NCBI GenBank assembly: GCA_039588295.1
Contig: JBDHAB010000010.1
Span: forward strand, 32,001 to 96,000
Direction of reading: 5' to 3'
Origin: Gemmatimonadota bacterium
GTDB taxonomy: Bacteria; Gemmatimonadota; Gemmatimonadetes; Gemmatimonadales; GWC2-71-9
DNA: 64,000 bases
Shown: positions 1 through 9,303 of the stretch, in pieces
Numbering within the stretch: the first letter of the stretch is position 1
How the letters are laid out: the number at the start of each line of letters is the position of its first letter
Notes under the pieces: generated by a model
Seen by the model: the letters and a program-made list of their open reading frames with translations, nothing else
Database searches by the model: none
What the model was told of the DNA's origin: nothing
Program-made: the position numbers and the translations under genes

Positions 1-1345
1 TGAACTGCAGGCTATACTGCGACCGCACGTTGTCCTGCCACCAATCGATCGCATTGTGGATGATCTCCGGCGGCGTGCTCCGGAAGCCGCGGAAGTCAGG
101 GTCGTCGCGCAGATTCGCGTTGGCGAATAGCGTGGCCCACCAGATCCCGCCGCACCCGGCCTCACAGGCGAGGTTAGTGCGTCCTTGGCTGTACCCGACG
201 TTGGCAGTGAGGTCCCAACTTGGATCGGGGGCGATCGTCACGTTGGCGCGGGTGCTCAGCCGCCACAGCCTGTTGCTCACCTCGACGCCCTTATCATTGT
301 CGTAATCGGCGCTGACGAAGTAGCGGACCTGATCGGTCCCGCCACGGAGGCTGGCACCGTACCCCTGGAGGCGCCCAGTTGAGAAGATCGGCGGGTTGCC
401 CCGCTCCTTTTCGAGGGCCTGGATGTTCATCTCGTACGGCTCGCCCGTGACCGGGTCGAACCCCCAGGTTCCAGGAATCCGGCCCTCCGGGTTCGAGAAC
501 CAAGTGGCACCCTGACGGGTGGTCAGATTGAAACTTGGCGCACCCGTCCGGCCCCGCTTCGTGATGATCTGAATCACGCCGTTGGACGCTTCCGTGCCGT
601 ACAGCGTCGCGGCCGCCGGCCCCTTGATGATCTCGATGCTCTCGATGTCCTCAGGGTTGATGTCGTTCAGGCGGTTAACGATGCCCGAGCCGAAGGCCTG
701 CACACTGATGCCCGCTCCGACCGCGTTGTCGAGCCGTACACCATCCAGATAGATGATGGGCTGCGTGCCGAGCGAGAAACTCGACGCCCCGCGCACGCGG
801 ATGGTGGGTCCGGCACCGACCTGTCCAGTGCCCGGCGTCACGACAACCCCCGGAGCGCGGGCGTTGATCAAATTGCTGACATCTGGTACTGGCGCGACTT
901 CCATCAAAGCCTCGACGCCAATCGAACTCACGCTGTTACCGACCGAGCGAGCCTCCTGCACGCCGGCCGCGGTACCGGTGATCACGAACGCGTCCAGGCT
1001 AATGGCCGCGGGGTTCATTTGAATCCGCAGCCCACCGGTGCCAATCTGAACCGTCTCCGTGACCGGGCCGAAGCCGATCAGCATGACTCGGAGCGTGATC
1101 GTGCCGGTTGCCGGTAGCCCGCCGATACGGAAGTTCCCCGCGGCGTCGGTCAGCGTCACGAAGTTGGTCCCGGGCACGACCACGCGGGCATTGGCAATCG
1201 GACTGCCTTGCTCATCCACGACGGTCCCAGAGACCGAACCCGTCTGCTGGGCCATCGCAGATGTCCCGACCAACAAGGAGAGTAGCGCGAAGAGGCTACC
1301 CAGACTTGCCAGGCTCAGTCGGGCACGCACACGACTTCGCTGCAT
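1..1345 (-). CDS. SusC/RagA-family TonB-dependent outer membrane receptor (N-terminal part; runs off the window's left edge)
   Basis: Absent from the ORF track; translated by hand from ATG at 1345 (GGAGG RBS upstream). MQRSRVRARLSLASLGSLFALLSLLVGTSAMAQQTGSVSGTVVD is a signal peptide plus CarboxypepD_reg-like domain. Plug motifs follow: IRVRGASSFSLGTQPIIYLDGVR and LNDINPEDIESIEIIKGPAAATLYGTEASNGVIQIITKRG. Confidence 0.92.
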   Translation of the reverse strand, partial: MQRSRVRARLSLASLGSLFALLSLLVGTSAMAQQTGSVSGTVVDEQGSPIANARVVVPGTNFVTLTDAAGNFRIGGLPATGTITLRVMLIGFGPVTETVQIGTGGLRIQMNPAAISLDAFVITGTAAGVQEARSVGNSVSSIGVEALMEVAPVPDVSNLINARAPGVVVTPGTGQVGAGPTIRVRGASSFSLGTQPIIYLDGVRLDNAVGAGISVQAFGSGIVNRLNDINPEDIESIEIIKGPAAATLYGTEASNGVIQIITKRGRTGAPSFNLTTRQGATWFSNPEGRIPGTWGFDPVTGEPYEMNIQALEKERGNPPIFSTGRLQGYGASLRGGTDQVRYFVSADYDNDKGVEVSNRLWRLSTRANVTIAPDPSWDLTANVGYSQGRTNLACEAGCGGIWWATLFANANLRDDPDFRGFRSTPPEIIHNAIDWWQDNVRSQYSLQF

Positions 1346-1448
1346 CGCACGCCTCCATGGAAAGAGGGTCCTCAAAAACGCCCCGGCCGAGGGTGCGGGT
1401 GACCTAACACCCACCAGCCGCTCCCGGCAAGGGGCTGCAGGTTTCGTA

Positions 1449-1476
1449 TGCAACTTTGGATGCATCTGATGTTGCA
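1449..1476. promoter_or_regulatory. 28-bp imperfect palindrome upstream of the SusC-like gene, candidate transcription-factor operator
   Basis: TGCAACTTTGGATGCATCTGATGTTGCA; 22 of 28 positions match its own reverse complement; AT-richer than the flanks. Confidence 0.45.
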
Positions 1477-1630
1477 CCAAAAAAACCCGGGCTGCCCACT
1501 CGCCGGGTGGCTCTGCTACGTATGTCGTTCCATTCCAACACCTTGCGTAATTCACGAATGCTCGGCCGCAGCCGACTACTGCCCATAATACGCGCCGGTC
1601 ACTACCGCCGCAAGAAGCCAGAGACGGGAC

Positions 1631-2383
1631 CTAATCCCTGCCCTTCGTGGTGATCAGGATGACCCCGTTGACGGAACCCAGGCCGTAGGCCGTCGCCTCT
1701 GCCCCCCGCAGAACTTCGATCCGCTCGATCTCGGCAGGGTTCACGAGATCGAAGATGCTGGGGCCCACGAGACCGAGCCAGGGCGACCCCGTCGCATACT
1801 CCACTCGGATACCGTCGATGTAGACCAACGGGTGCCCCGGCACGCTCACACTCCGTGCGCCGCGAAGCCGGATACGGATGCCCGAGCCCACCTGGCCGCT
1901 GCCACGCCGCACTTCGAGTCCGGGGGTCGCCGCGTCGAGAGCGTCGCCGAGGGATGCCACCGGCACCGTTTCCGGCAACGAAATTTCCTTCGCCTTGCGC
2001 CGCGGGCCCACAGGCTGCCGGCCAGCGACGACCAGGCTGTCGAGCAGCACGGTCAGAACGGGAAGGCGGAAGTGAGCCACCGTCATTCGGCCGGGGTACA
2101 CCGCGACTTCGTCCACCAGCGTCGCATATCCCAGCCGCTCAACGCGAAGACGGTATGTCCCCGCCGCCAAGTTGATCAGGCGGTATCGCCCGTTCCCGTC
2201 GGTGGACGCATTGATTGCCGTTCCTTCGACCGACACGGTCACGCCGACCAGGGGTGCATCCGAGGCTGCTTCGCGAACGGAGCCGTGCACCACCCCAGGC
2301 TCCTGCGCCACGATGTCGCTCACGCCCAGGCAGAGCAGGACGACCGCTGAGAGACCGAGCGGACTCCTCAACGTCGTGTCCAT
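1631..2383 (-). CDS. Exported protein with carboxypeptidase-regulatory-like domain and TonB-receptor plug domain, no beta-barrel
   Basis: Signal peptide, VHGSVRE...TDGNGRY...RLGY, then plug IRLRGARS...PLVYIDG...NPAEIERIEVLRG...NGVILITTK followed almost immediately by a stop. Start placed at ATG 2383 (GGAG upstream). Confidence 0.8.
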   Translation of the reverse strand: MDTTLRSPLGLSAVVLLCLGVSDIVAQEPGVVHGSVREAASDAPLVGVTVSVEGTAINASTDGNGRYRLINLAAGTYRLRVERLGYATLVDEVAVYPGRMTVAHFRLPVLTVLLDSLVVAGRQPVGPRRKAKEISLPETVPVASLGDALDAATPGLEVRRGSGQVGSGIRIRLRGARSVSVPGHPLVYIDGIRVEYATGSPWLGLVGPSIFDLVNPAEIERIEVLRGAEATAYGLGSVNGVILITTKGRD

Positions 2384-3132
2384 AGGACGATCACTCCGCA
2401 CATGCCCTGTCCCGCGGTCAGCTCCAGAGGAACCTCAGACAACCGCCGGTAGATCTCGACGCCCTCGAGTTGCTCCGGTCGGATGGACAAGGCGACACCC
2501 TCATTCGATCGGACGCCATCAACGTAATAGAGCGGGGAGCACTTGCCGGGTAGGCGGAGGGTCCACTGCAGATTCCCAAGGTACTCGACATCCAACGACG
2601 GGATGCCACGCATGAGATCGACGAATGCGTCCGCGCGTCGAGCTTCGATCTCCTCCCGGTCGATAAACAGCCCGGCACCTTCCGCCCGTCTCCGGTAGAA
2701 ATCCCGCATCACGCCCGCGATCAGCCGGGTACGCTCAGCTTCGACAACGATTTCCGGCATTTGGACCGGGATGGGTTCGAGCACGATTGGGACATCGAGA
2801 ATGTTGGTTTCCACCGAATCGAACCGCACCCTGAACATCGCTGTCCGGTAACCAAGCCGCCAAATCCTGATCGTGTGCTCGCCTCCAGGGAGGCCGTCGA
2901 TCCGGAATGACCCGTGGTCGTCGGTGGTTGCAAAGCGGTCGGTCCCGAGGGCGGCGGCGAAGGCCGCGACGACTGGCTCTCGGGTTCTCGCGTCGAGCAC
3001 GCTTGCCACGAATGTGAAACTCCCTTGGGCGCTCTGCGCGGCCACCTCGGAACGGAGCCCGCTCAGGAGCACACTGACCGCGATGGTCAGCCGCAAGCCA
3101 GATCGGAATGGGGTAGTCATCAGATTGGACAT
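2368..3132 (-). CDS. Exported protein with carboxypeptidase-regulatory-like domain and plug-like domain, no beta-barrel
   Basis: Signal peptide, TDDHGSFRI...RLGY, C-terminal CSPLYYVDG...EGVEIYR...CGVIVLWTR. Confidence 0.75.
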   Translation of the reverse strand: MSNLMTTPFRSGLRLTIAVSVLLSGLRSEVAAQSAQGSFTFVASVLDARTREPVVAAFAAALGTDRFATTDDHGSFRIDGLPGGEHTIRIWRLGYRTAMFRVRFDSVETNILDVPIVLEPIPVQMPEIVVEAERTRLIAGVMRDFYRRRAEGAGLFIDREEIEARRADAFVDLMRGIPSLDVEYLGNLQWTLRLPGKCSPLYYVDGVRSNEGVALSIRPEQLEGVEIYRRLSEVPLELTAGQGMCGVIVLWTRR

Positions 3133-3148
3133 GTCCGAGAAATACGAT

Positions 3149-3160
3149 TATGTATACAAA
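3149..3160 (-). promoter_or_regulatory. TGTATACA palindrome overlapping a -10-like CATAAT; candidate GntR/FadR-family operator
   Basis: The minus strand reads TTTTGTATACATAAT about 20 nt upstream of the 3132 start; resembles GT-AT-AC type GntR boxes. Confidence 0.45.
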
Positions 3161-3337
3161 ACGGTTACCGTGCTCCGCAGCCGCTCCGGAGCTACCTGTT
3201 CGTTCATACCGGGGCGCGCTGCCTCGGTTCCCCACAATGTACAGGTCCCGCCGGATGGGGTCGATGATGCGGAGGGCGAAGGTAGGCGGGACGACGGTGG
3301 TCAGGGCTTGGCTCGCAGCTCGCGAAAAGGGGGCTTC

Positions 3338-4351
3338 ATGCGCGTACTCACTCCCTTCGTGCTGAGTGCAACACTGGCAGCGCTCAGCCTCCCCACCACG
3401 GCGCAGGCGCAGGGCGACCCCGGGCTCCCGAATCTAGAACAGGAGATCGCCCGACTCGCCGAGCTTGCCCAGGGCAGCGTCGGCGTGGGAGCGATCCACC
3501 TCGAGACCGGACGGGCGGCGTTCTTGAACCGTGGGGAGCGATTCCCCCTGGCGAGCACGTACAAGGTACCGATCGCAGTCCAACTCTTGACACTCGTCGA
3601 CGAGGGAAAGCTCTCGCTCGACAGCATGCTCGAGCTGAGACCGGGCGACCTGCACCCGGGGAGCGGCACGTTGACACGGCTGCTCGACGATCCCGGCGTG
3701 ATCCTCTCGGTGCGAAACCTCCTCGAGCTGATGCTGCTCATCAGCGACAATTCGGCCACCGATCTGTGCCTGCGAACCGCCGGCGGCGGTCAAGCGGTGA
3801 CCCAACGGATGCGGGCACTGGGGATCGACGGGATCAGCGTTGACCGGCCGACCGTCAATCTGATCGCCGACTACCTCGGCATCGCGGATATGCCGCCGCC
3901 GTCGGAGTGGACCACGTCCACCTTCGAAAGCCTATATGAGGCGACGACGGAGGCCCAGCGAGATTCGGCTGAGGCGGTGTTCGACGCCGATCCGCGCGAT
4001 ACCGCAACACCCGAGGGCATGGCTCAACTGCTCGCGCGCCTCTGGCATGGCGAGATCCTCAGCGACTCCAGCACCGCACTGCTCCTCGACATCATGCGTC
4101 GCAGCACGACCGGCGCAAATCGGCTCAAGGGCTACCTCGCCCCGGGAACGGAGGTCGCCCACAAGACCGGAACGATCGGTGGCACGACCAACGACGTCGG
4201 CATCATTACGCTGCCCGACGACGCGGGCCACGTCGTCACCGTCGTATTCGTCAAGGAGTCGGTGATCGAAGTGCCGGAGCGAGAGCACGTGATCGCCCAT
4301 ATCGCACGTGCGGTGCACGACTACTTCGTGTTCAACCCGGGTCTCGATTGA
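3338..4351 (+). CDS. Class A beta-lactamase-like serine hydrolase (atypical omega loop)
   Basis: Signal peptide; FPLASTYK (SxxK), ISDNSA (SDN), DPRDTATP, AHKTGT (KTG). True start is ATG 3338, not 2873. Confidence 0.85.
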   Translation: MRVLTPFVLSATLAALSLPTTAQAQGDPGLPNLEQEIARLAELAQGSVGVGAIHLETGRAAFLNRGERFPLASTYKVPIAVQLLTLVDEGKLSLDSMLELRPGDLHPGSGTLTRLLDDPGVILSVRNLLELMLLISDNSATDLCLRTAGGGQAVTQRMRALGIDGISVDRPTVNLIADYLGIADMPPPSEWTTSTFESLYEATTEAQRDSAEAVFDADPRDTATPEGMAQLLARLWHGEILSDSSTALLLDIMRRSTTGANRLKGYLAPGTEVAHKTGTIGGTTNDVGIITLPDDAGHVVTVVFVKESVIEVPEREHVIAHIARAVHDYFVFNPGLD

Positions 4352-4406
4352 TTACCGGGCGGCGCGGGGGATCGTCGTGCAAGGCACCCTACGGGTGGAG
4401 GTCTGC

Positions 4407-6050
4407 ATGAGACGCCGTACTCGCTCGGTCATCGCGCTCGTGGCATTCGGGCTCGGCAGCTGCGCCGCCCCGTCGTACGACCTCGTCGTGGCTGGCGGGA
4501 CGATAGTGGACGGCTCCGGGAGTCCCGGGTTCACGGCTGACATCGGTATCACGGACGGACGCATCGTCGAGATCGGCGATCTCTCCAATCAGCGGGCGCG
4601 ACGCACGGTCGATGCAACGGGCCTCGTGGTCGCCCCTGGCTTCATCGACATGATGGGTGGGAGCAGCCTGCCGCTCCTGCGCGATCCCGTGAGTGCGGAG
4701 AGCAAGCTGCGGCAAGGCATCACGACCATGCTGGCCGGCGAAGGCGGCTCGATGGCTCCGATCGACGATCGCCTCCGAGCGACGTACGAGGAGGAGCGGG
4801 GCTTTCGTCCGACATGGACCACGTTCGCGGAGTACTTCGCACTGCTGGAGGAAACCGGAATCCAGCTCAACGTGGTCCACAACGTGGGTGCGGCTCAGGT
4901 TCGGCGCATCGTCATCGGTGAGGAGGATCGTCAGGCGACGCCCGAGCAGCTGGCCGCAATGAAGGCACTCGTTGCGGACGCCATGCGGGACGGGGCGGTC
5001 GGCCTTTCTACGGCATTGATCTATCCCCCGGGCTCCTACGCGAGCACCGACGAGCTGATCGAGCTGGCAAGGACCGCCGGGGAGCACGGCGGGGCCTACC
5101 TCACCCACATGAGGAATGAGAGCGGGCAAGTCCTCGAGGCGATCACGGAGGCCATTCGCATTGGCAGAGAAGGCGGCCTCCCGGTTCACATCTTCCACCT
5201 GAAGGCGGCCGGGCGCGAGAATTGGCCGCTGATGACAGAGGCCATCGGGCTCATTCAACAGGCGCGCGACGAAGGGCTGCAAGTGACCGCCGACGTGTAT
5301 CCGTACATCCGCAACGGTATCGGACTCGGCTCCTTCCTCCATCCTCGGCACTACGCGCGGGGCGAGGACGCGTTCCTACCCACCTTATCCGATCCCGAAG
5401 TCCGACAATCGCTGCGACGCGAAGTCGAGACGACAGCCGACTGGGAGAACTGGTACCGACACGTGGGCTTCGACTGGACCAACGTGCTCATCTCGGGCGT
5501 GGGGCGCGAAGGCGACACGTCCATTGTCGGTCTCACTATTCAGGAGGCGGCCGATCAGCGCGACCGAGAGGTGTGGGACACGTTCTTCGACCTCGTGCAG
5601 ACGGGTCGGGTCAGCGTGAACCCCAAGAGCATGAACGAAGAGCAGAAGCACGAGGCAATGCGCGCGCCGTTCATGTGCTTCGATACCGATGCCTCACCGA
5701 CCAACCCCACAACGGTCGCCAGCGCACACCCACGCGCGTTCGGGTCGTTTCCGCGCGTGCTCGCCAAGTACGTGCGAGAGGAGGGAGTGATCAGCCTCGA
5801 GGAAGCGATCCACAAGCTGGCCCTGCTGCCGGCACAGATACTCGGACTCGATGACCGGGGCCACATCGCCGCCGACTTGGTCGCCGACCTCGTGGTCTTC
5901 GACGCCAACCGGATCCAGGACCGCGCAACGTTCACGGCACCCTTGCAGTACGCCGAGGGAATCGACTACCTGGTGGTGCGGGGCGAATTGGTCATCGACG
6001 ACGGTGCGGTAACGGCGGCACGACCGGGGGAGGTCATACGACACCGGTGA
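4407..6050 (+). CDS. N-acyl-D-amino-acid deacylase (D-aminoacylase) family amidohydrolase, probable lipoprotein
   Basis: LGSC lipobox-like; GGTIVDGSG, DATGLVVAPGFID, QGITT, THMRNE, HIFHLK, HPRAFGSFPR, ADLVVFD. Confidence 0.88.
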   Translation: MRRRTRSVIALVAFGLGSCAAPSYDLVVAGGTIVDGSGSPGFTADIGITDGRIVEIGDLSNQRARRTVDATGLVVAPGFIDMMGGSSLPLLRDPVSAESKLRQGITTMLAGEGGSMAPIDDRLRATYEEERGFRPTWTTFAEYFALLEETGIQLNVVHNVGAAQVRRIVIGEEDRQATPEQLAAMKALVADAMRDGAVGLSTALIYPPGSYASTDELIELARTAGEHGGAYLTHMRNESGQVLEAITEAIRIGREGGLPVHIFHLKAAGRENWPLMTEAIGLIQQARDEGLQVTADVYPYIRNGIGLGSFLHPRHYARGEDAFLPTLSDPEVRQSLRREVETTADWENWYRHVGFDWTNVLISGVGREGDTSIVGLTIQEAADQRDREVWDTFFDLVQTGRVSVNPKSMNEEQKHEAMRAPFMCFDTDASPTNPTTVASAHPRAFGSFPRVLAKYVREEGVISLEEAIHKLALLPAQILGLDDRGHIAADLVADLVVFDANRIQDRATFTAPLQYAEGIDYLVVRGELVIDDGAVTAARPGEVIRHR

Positions 6051-6111
6051 CAGTGAGCCGCCCGCTGGGCGGGAACGATACATCGAACACGGCGAACCTG
6101 GAGCGGGCGCC

Positions 6112-7227
6112 ATGAACATGGAACCGATTGTGGTGCTTGGAGGGGGGCATGGGGCCCATGCAATGGCCGCGGACCTGACGCTGGCAGGGTATGAGGTGCG
6201 CTTGTGTGAGCATCCGCGCTTCGCCGAGCGATTCGGCCCGACGATCAAGGGCGGCGAGATCGAGCTCAGCGGCATCGGCCGCACCGGCAAGGCACGGCCG
6301 GCGATGGTCACGACCGACTTTGCGACCGCGTTGAACGGTGCAACGCTGATTAACCTCTCGATCCCCGCGTTCGGCCATGATCTGTTCTTCGAAGCCATGA
6401 TCCCTCACTTGACCTCTGAACAACTGATCGTGGTCTGGGCCGGGGACTTCGGCTCCTTGAGGCTGGCGCACATGATCGCGCAGCGCCCGGGTGCGTCGCG
6501 GCCGGTGATTCTGGAGGGCAGTACCCTTCCGTATGGCACCCGCCTCTCCGGACCGGCTCGTGTTGACATGCTCCTGTTCGCCAACCCGATTCTCGTCGCG
6601 GCACTTCCGGGAACCGAGACCGGAGTCTGGCCCGAGGCCCTGCGCACACTCTGGCCAGGCGTCAAGCCGGCAGAGAACGTGCTGCAAGCGGCGTTCGCGA
6701 ATCCCAACCCGATCGTTCATCCGCCGGGGGCACTGCTCAGCGTCGGACGCATCGAATACTCGGGCGGTGAGTTCTACATGTATCGCGAAGGCATGGGACC
6801 GGCGACCCGCCGCGTGGTCTACGGCATCTATCAGGACTCCTGTGCCGTGGCGGAGGAGCTCGGCTTTACGATTCCGGGCTACCCCAAAGAGGACTTCGAC
6901 AAACCCGCGAGCATCATGGGCGAAGTATTCGAGTGCCCGGGCAACCGCTACGACGTGATCGCCAATGTGAAGGGTCCGACTACGCTGCAAGACCGGTACC
7001 TGACCGAGGACCTGCCGTGCGGGTTGCTGCCGATTGCTCAACTCGGCGACAAGCTCGGTGTCCCCACGCCGACGATCGATGCGATCATTCAGCTCGGTAG
7101 CCTCGTCTGCGAGCGAGATTTCTGGCAGGTCGGCCGTAGCCTCGCGTCGCTCGGCCTCGACACCATGAAACCGGACGAGATCATAGGCTACGTCACGAAC
7201 GGCCCTACCGTCCCCGGCGCGCGATAG
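6112..7227 (+). CDS. NAD/NADP-dependent opine (octopine/nopaline) dehydrogenase family protein
   Basis: VLGGGHGAHAMAADL Rossmann motif, TLPYGTR, NPNPIVHP, RYLTEDLPCGLLP, GVPTPTIDAII. Confidence 0.88.
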   Translation: MNMEPIVVLGGGHGAHAMAADLTLAGYEVRLCEHPRFAERFGPTIKGGEIELSGIGRTGKARPAMVTTDFATALNGATLINLSIPAFGHDLFFEAMIPHLTSEQLIVVWAGDFGSLRLAHMIAQRPGASRPVILEGSTLPYGTRLSGPARVDMLLFANPILVAALPGTETGVWPEALRTLWPGVKPAENVLQAAFANPNPIVHPPGALLSVGRIEYSGGEFYMYREGMGPATRRVVYGIYQDSCAVAEELGFTIPGYPKEDFDKPASIMGEVFECPGNRYDVIANVKGPTTLQDRYLTEDLPCGLLPIAQLGDKLGVPTPTIDAIIQLGSLVCERDFWQVGRSLASLGLDTMKPDEIIGYVTNGPTVPGAR

Positions 7228-7261
7228 GCAGCGACACGACGCCCGACCCACGCACCCCGAG

Positions 7262-8395
7262 ATGATGCGCCTACGGCCTCAGATTCTCACGCTCGCGGCA
7301 TGCGCCGTTCTCGCCGTTGCCTGTGGCGACGGCTCCACCGGGCCCATCACCCGGCCTCCGGTTCCGTCACTGGAGGAGACGCTTCGCAGCTATCGGAACG
7401 CGAACGGACTCCCCGCCATCGCCGCTGCGATCATCCGAAGCGACAGTATTGAAGAAGTGGCCGCCGTAGGGGTGCGGCGCCTTTCCACCACTGACAGCGT
7501 GACCGTCGACGATGAGTTCCACATCGGCTCCGACACCAAAGCAATGGTGGCAACAGTTGCAGGGACATTGGTGGAAGACGGCGTCCTGGAGTGGTTTCAC
7601 ACCCCGGTCCACATCTTCCCGGACCTGGCCGATACGATCCACACAGATCTCCAGTCCATCACGCTGCGAGACCTGCTCACGCACCGAGCCGGCCTCCAGC
7701 CATTCACGACCGGCGCAGAATGGAATTCGGTCCCGGCATTTCCTGGCACGCCGGTCGAGCAGCGGAGGGCTTTCGTTGCGTGGTTCCTGAGCCGCCCACC
7801 GTGGGGCACGGTCGGCCAGTACGAATACTCCAACGCAGGGTACTCGATTGCAGCAGCGATGTTGGAGGAGATCACGCAACGGGCGTGGAACGAGCTCTTG
7901 CAGGAACGGCTCTTCACGCCACTCGGAATGACCACCGCCGGCTTCGGCTGGCCAGCCTTCAACGATCCCAACCAGCCGTGGGGCCACTGGGTCGTGTCCG
8001 GCTCCCTCGAGCCACACCCACCGGATGACGCGTACCAACTGGGCGAGTTCATCGGGCCGGCCGGCGATGTCCATGTGTCCATCACCGACTTCGCGCGGTT
8101 CGTGCAGATGCATCTTCGGGGCTTTCGGGGACAGGACGGGATCCTGAAATCGGAAACCGTGCAATACCTCCATGACCCAGTGGGCAGCTACGCGCTCGGC
8201 TGGGGAGTGTACTCCACGGGCGGTCACTCGATCAGCTCGCACAATGGGAGCGCCGGGACCTTCTACGCAACGATGGCATTCAGCCGCTCGCGCGACTGGG
8301 GTGTGGTGATAGCGACCAACGCGGGTGGCTCGAACGCCCAGTCCGTATGCAGCACGCTTCTCAGCGTGTTTCTCAACCGGTATTCCAACGACTGA
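7262..8395 (+). CDS. Serine hydrolase, beta-lactamase class C / D-aminopeptidase-like (S12), lipoprotein
   Basis: LAVAC lipobox; FHIGSDTK (SxxK), LLTHRAG, YSNAGY (YxN), PLGM, HNGS. Confidence 0.85.
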   Translation: MMRLRPQILTLAACAVLAVACGDGSTGPITRPPVPSLEETLRSYRNANGLPAIAAAIIRSDSIEEVAAVGVRRLSTTDSVTVDDEFHIGSDTKAMVATVAGTLVEDGVLEWFHTPVHIFPDLADTIHTDLQSITLRDLLTHRAGLQPFTTGAEWNSVPAFPGTPVEQRRAFVAWFLSRPPWGTVGQYEYSNAGYSIAAAMLEEITQRAWNELLQERLFTPLGMTTAGFGWPAFNDPNQPWGHWVVSGSLEPHPPDDAYQLGEFIGPAGDVHVSITDFARFVQMHLRGFRGQDGILKSETVQYLHDPVGSYALGWGVYSTGGHSISSHNGSAGTFYATMAFSRSRDWGVVIATNAGGSNAQSVCSTLLSVFLNRYSND

Positions 8396-8490
8396 CGTGG
8401 CCGCGCTCCGATCGTCGCCTTTCGAATGGTGTGTGGCGATGATACCCTATCCAGCCGCAGTCGAAACACGCCAACGGCGGGGGTGAGTGG

Positions 8491-9192
8491 ATGAAGACCA
8501 TCGGGATTTTCGGCGGATTGGGGCCGGCCTCCACAATTGCCTACTATCAGTACATCACCGACAAGTACTACGAGGAGTTCGGCGACTACGGATACCCGCA
8601 GATTCTGATCTACAGCCTCAACTTCCAGAGTATCATCGATGTCGGCTACGAAGCTGCGGACACCATCAAGCGCGCCATCGAGGCCCTGCACCGTGCCGGC
8701 GCCGATTTCGCCGTAGCCTCGTGCAACTCCATCCACATCGTGCGTGACGACGTTGTGGGCGACATCCCGATCCCCTGGATCAGCATCATCGACGTGACGG
8801 CAGAGCACGTCCGGGCGGCCGGGATGAACAAGGTGGGACTCCTGGGAACCGTCTTCACCATGGGGAAGGGGTTTTACCAGCGAGGGCTGGCCAAGCACGG
8901 TATTGAGACGATCATCCCGGACCCCAGCGATCAGAAACGCGTCAACGAGATCATCTTCAACGAGCTCGTGCGGGGGGTGTTTACGGAGGAGTCGCGACGG
9001 GTCATGCTGGAGTCTATCGAGCAGCTGAGTGCGCATGGTGCGCAGGGTGTCGTGCTGGGATGCACCGAGATTCCGCTGTTGGTGAAGCAGGAACACACGG
9101 GGGTACGGGTCTTCGACACCATGACGCTGCACGCGCAGCGAGCGCTGGATCTCGCGCTCGAGCGACCCGCCGGTGTTCCCGGCACCGGCTAG
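8491..9192 (+). CDS. Aspartate/glutamate racemase family amino-acid racemase (RacX/YgeA-like)
   Basis: IGIFGGLGPASTIAYY; two catalytic cysteines in SCNSIH and LGCTEIP; GLLGTVFTM. Confidence 0.9.
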   Translation: MKTIGIFGGLGPASTIAYYQYITDKYYEEFGDYGYPQILIYSLNFQSIIDVGYEAADTIKRAIEALHRAGADFAVASCNSIHIVRDDVVGDIPIPWISIIDVTAEHVRAAGMNKVGLLGTVFTMGKGFYQRGLAKHGIETIIPDPSDQKRVNEIIFNELVRGVFTEESRRVMLESIEQLSAHGAQGVVLGCTEIPLLVKQEHTGVRVFDTMTLHAQRALDLALERPAGVPGTG

Positions 9193-9303
9193 CGATTGCC
9201 GCACCACGTGATGACGGATAAGCTCTGGAGCAACATGCGGGACACGGCCGCTCCGGCGTCCGGTGTTGTCGGACGCTTGACCCTCTTTTCGAGGAGCATA
9301 CCC

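Noticed and set aside
1449..1466. Sigma54 promoter on the minus strand for the SusC-like gene
   Set aside because: TTGCA is present but the invariant GG at -24 is missing (TGCATC).
2873..3337. 155-aa N-terminal extension of the beta-lactamase-like ORF
   Set aside because: It overlaps the opposite-strand gene and looks non-coding; the signal peptide begins at ATG 3338.
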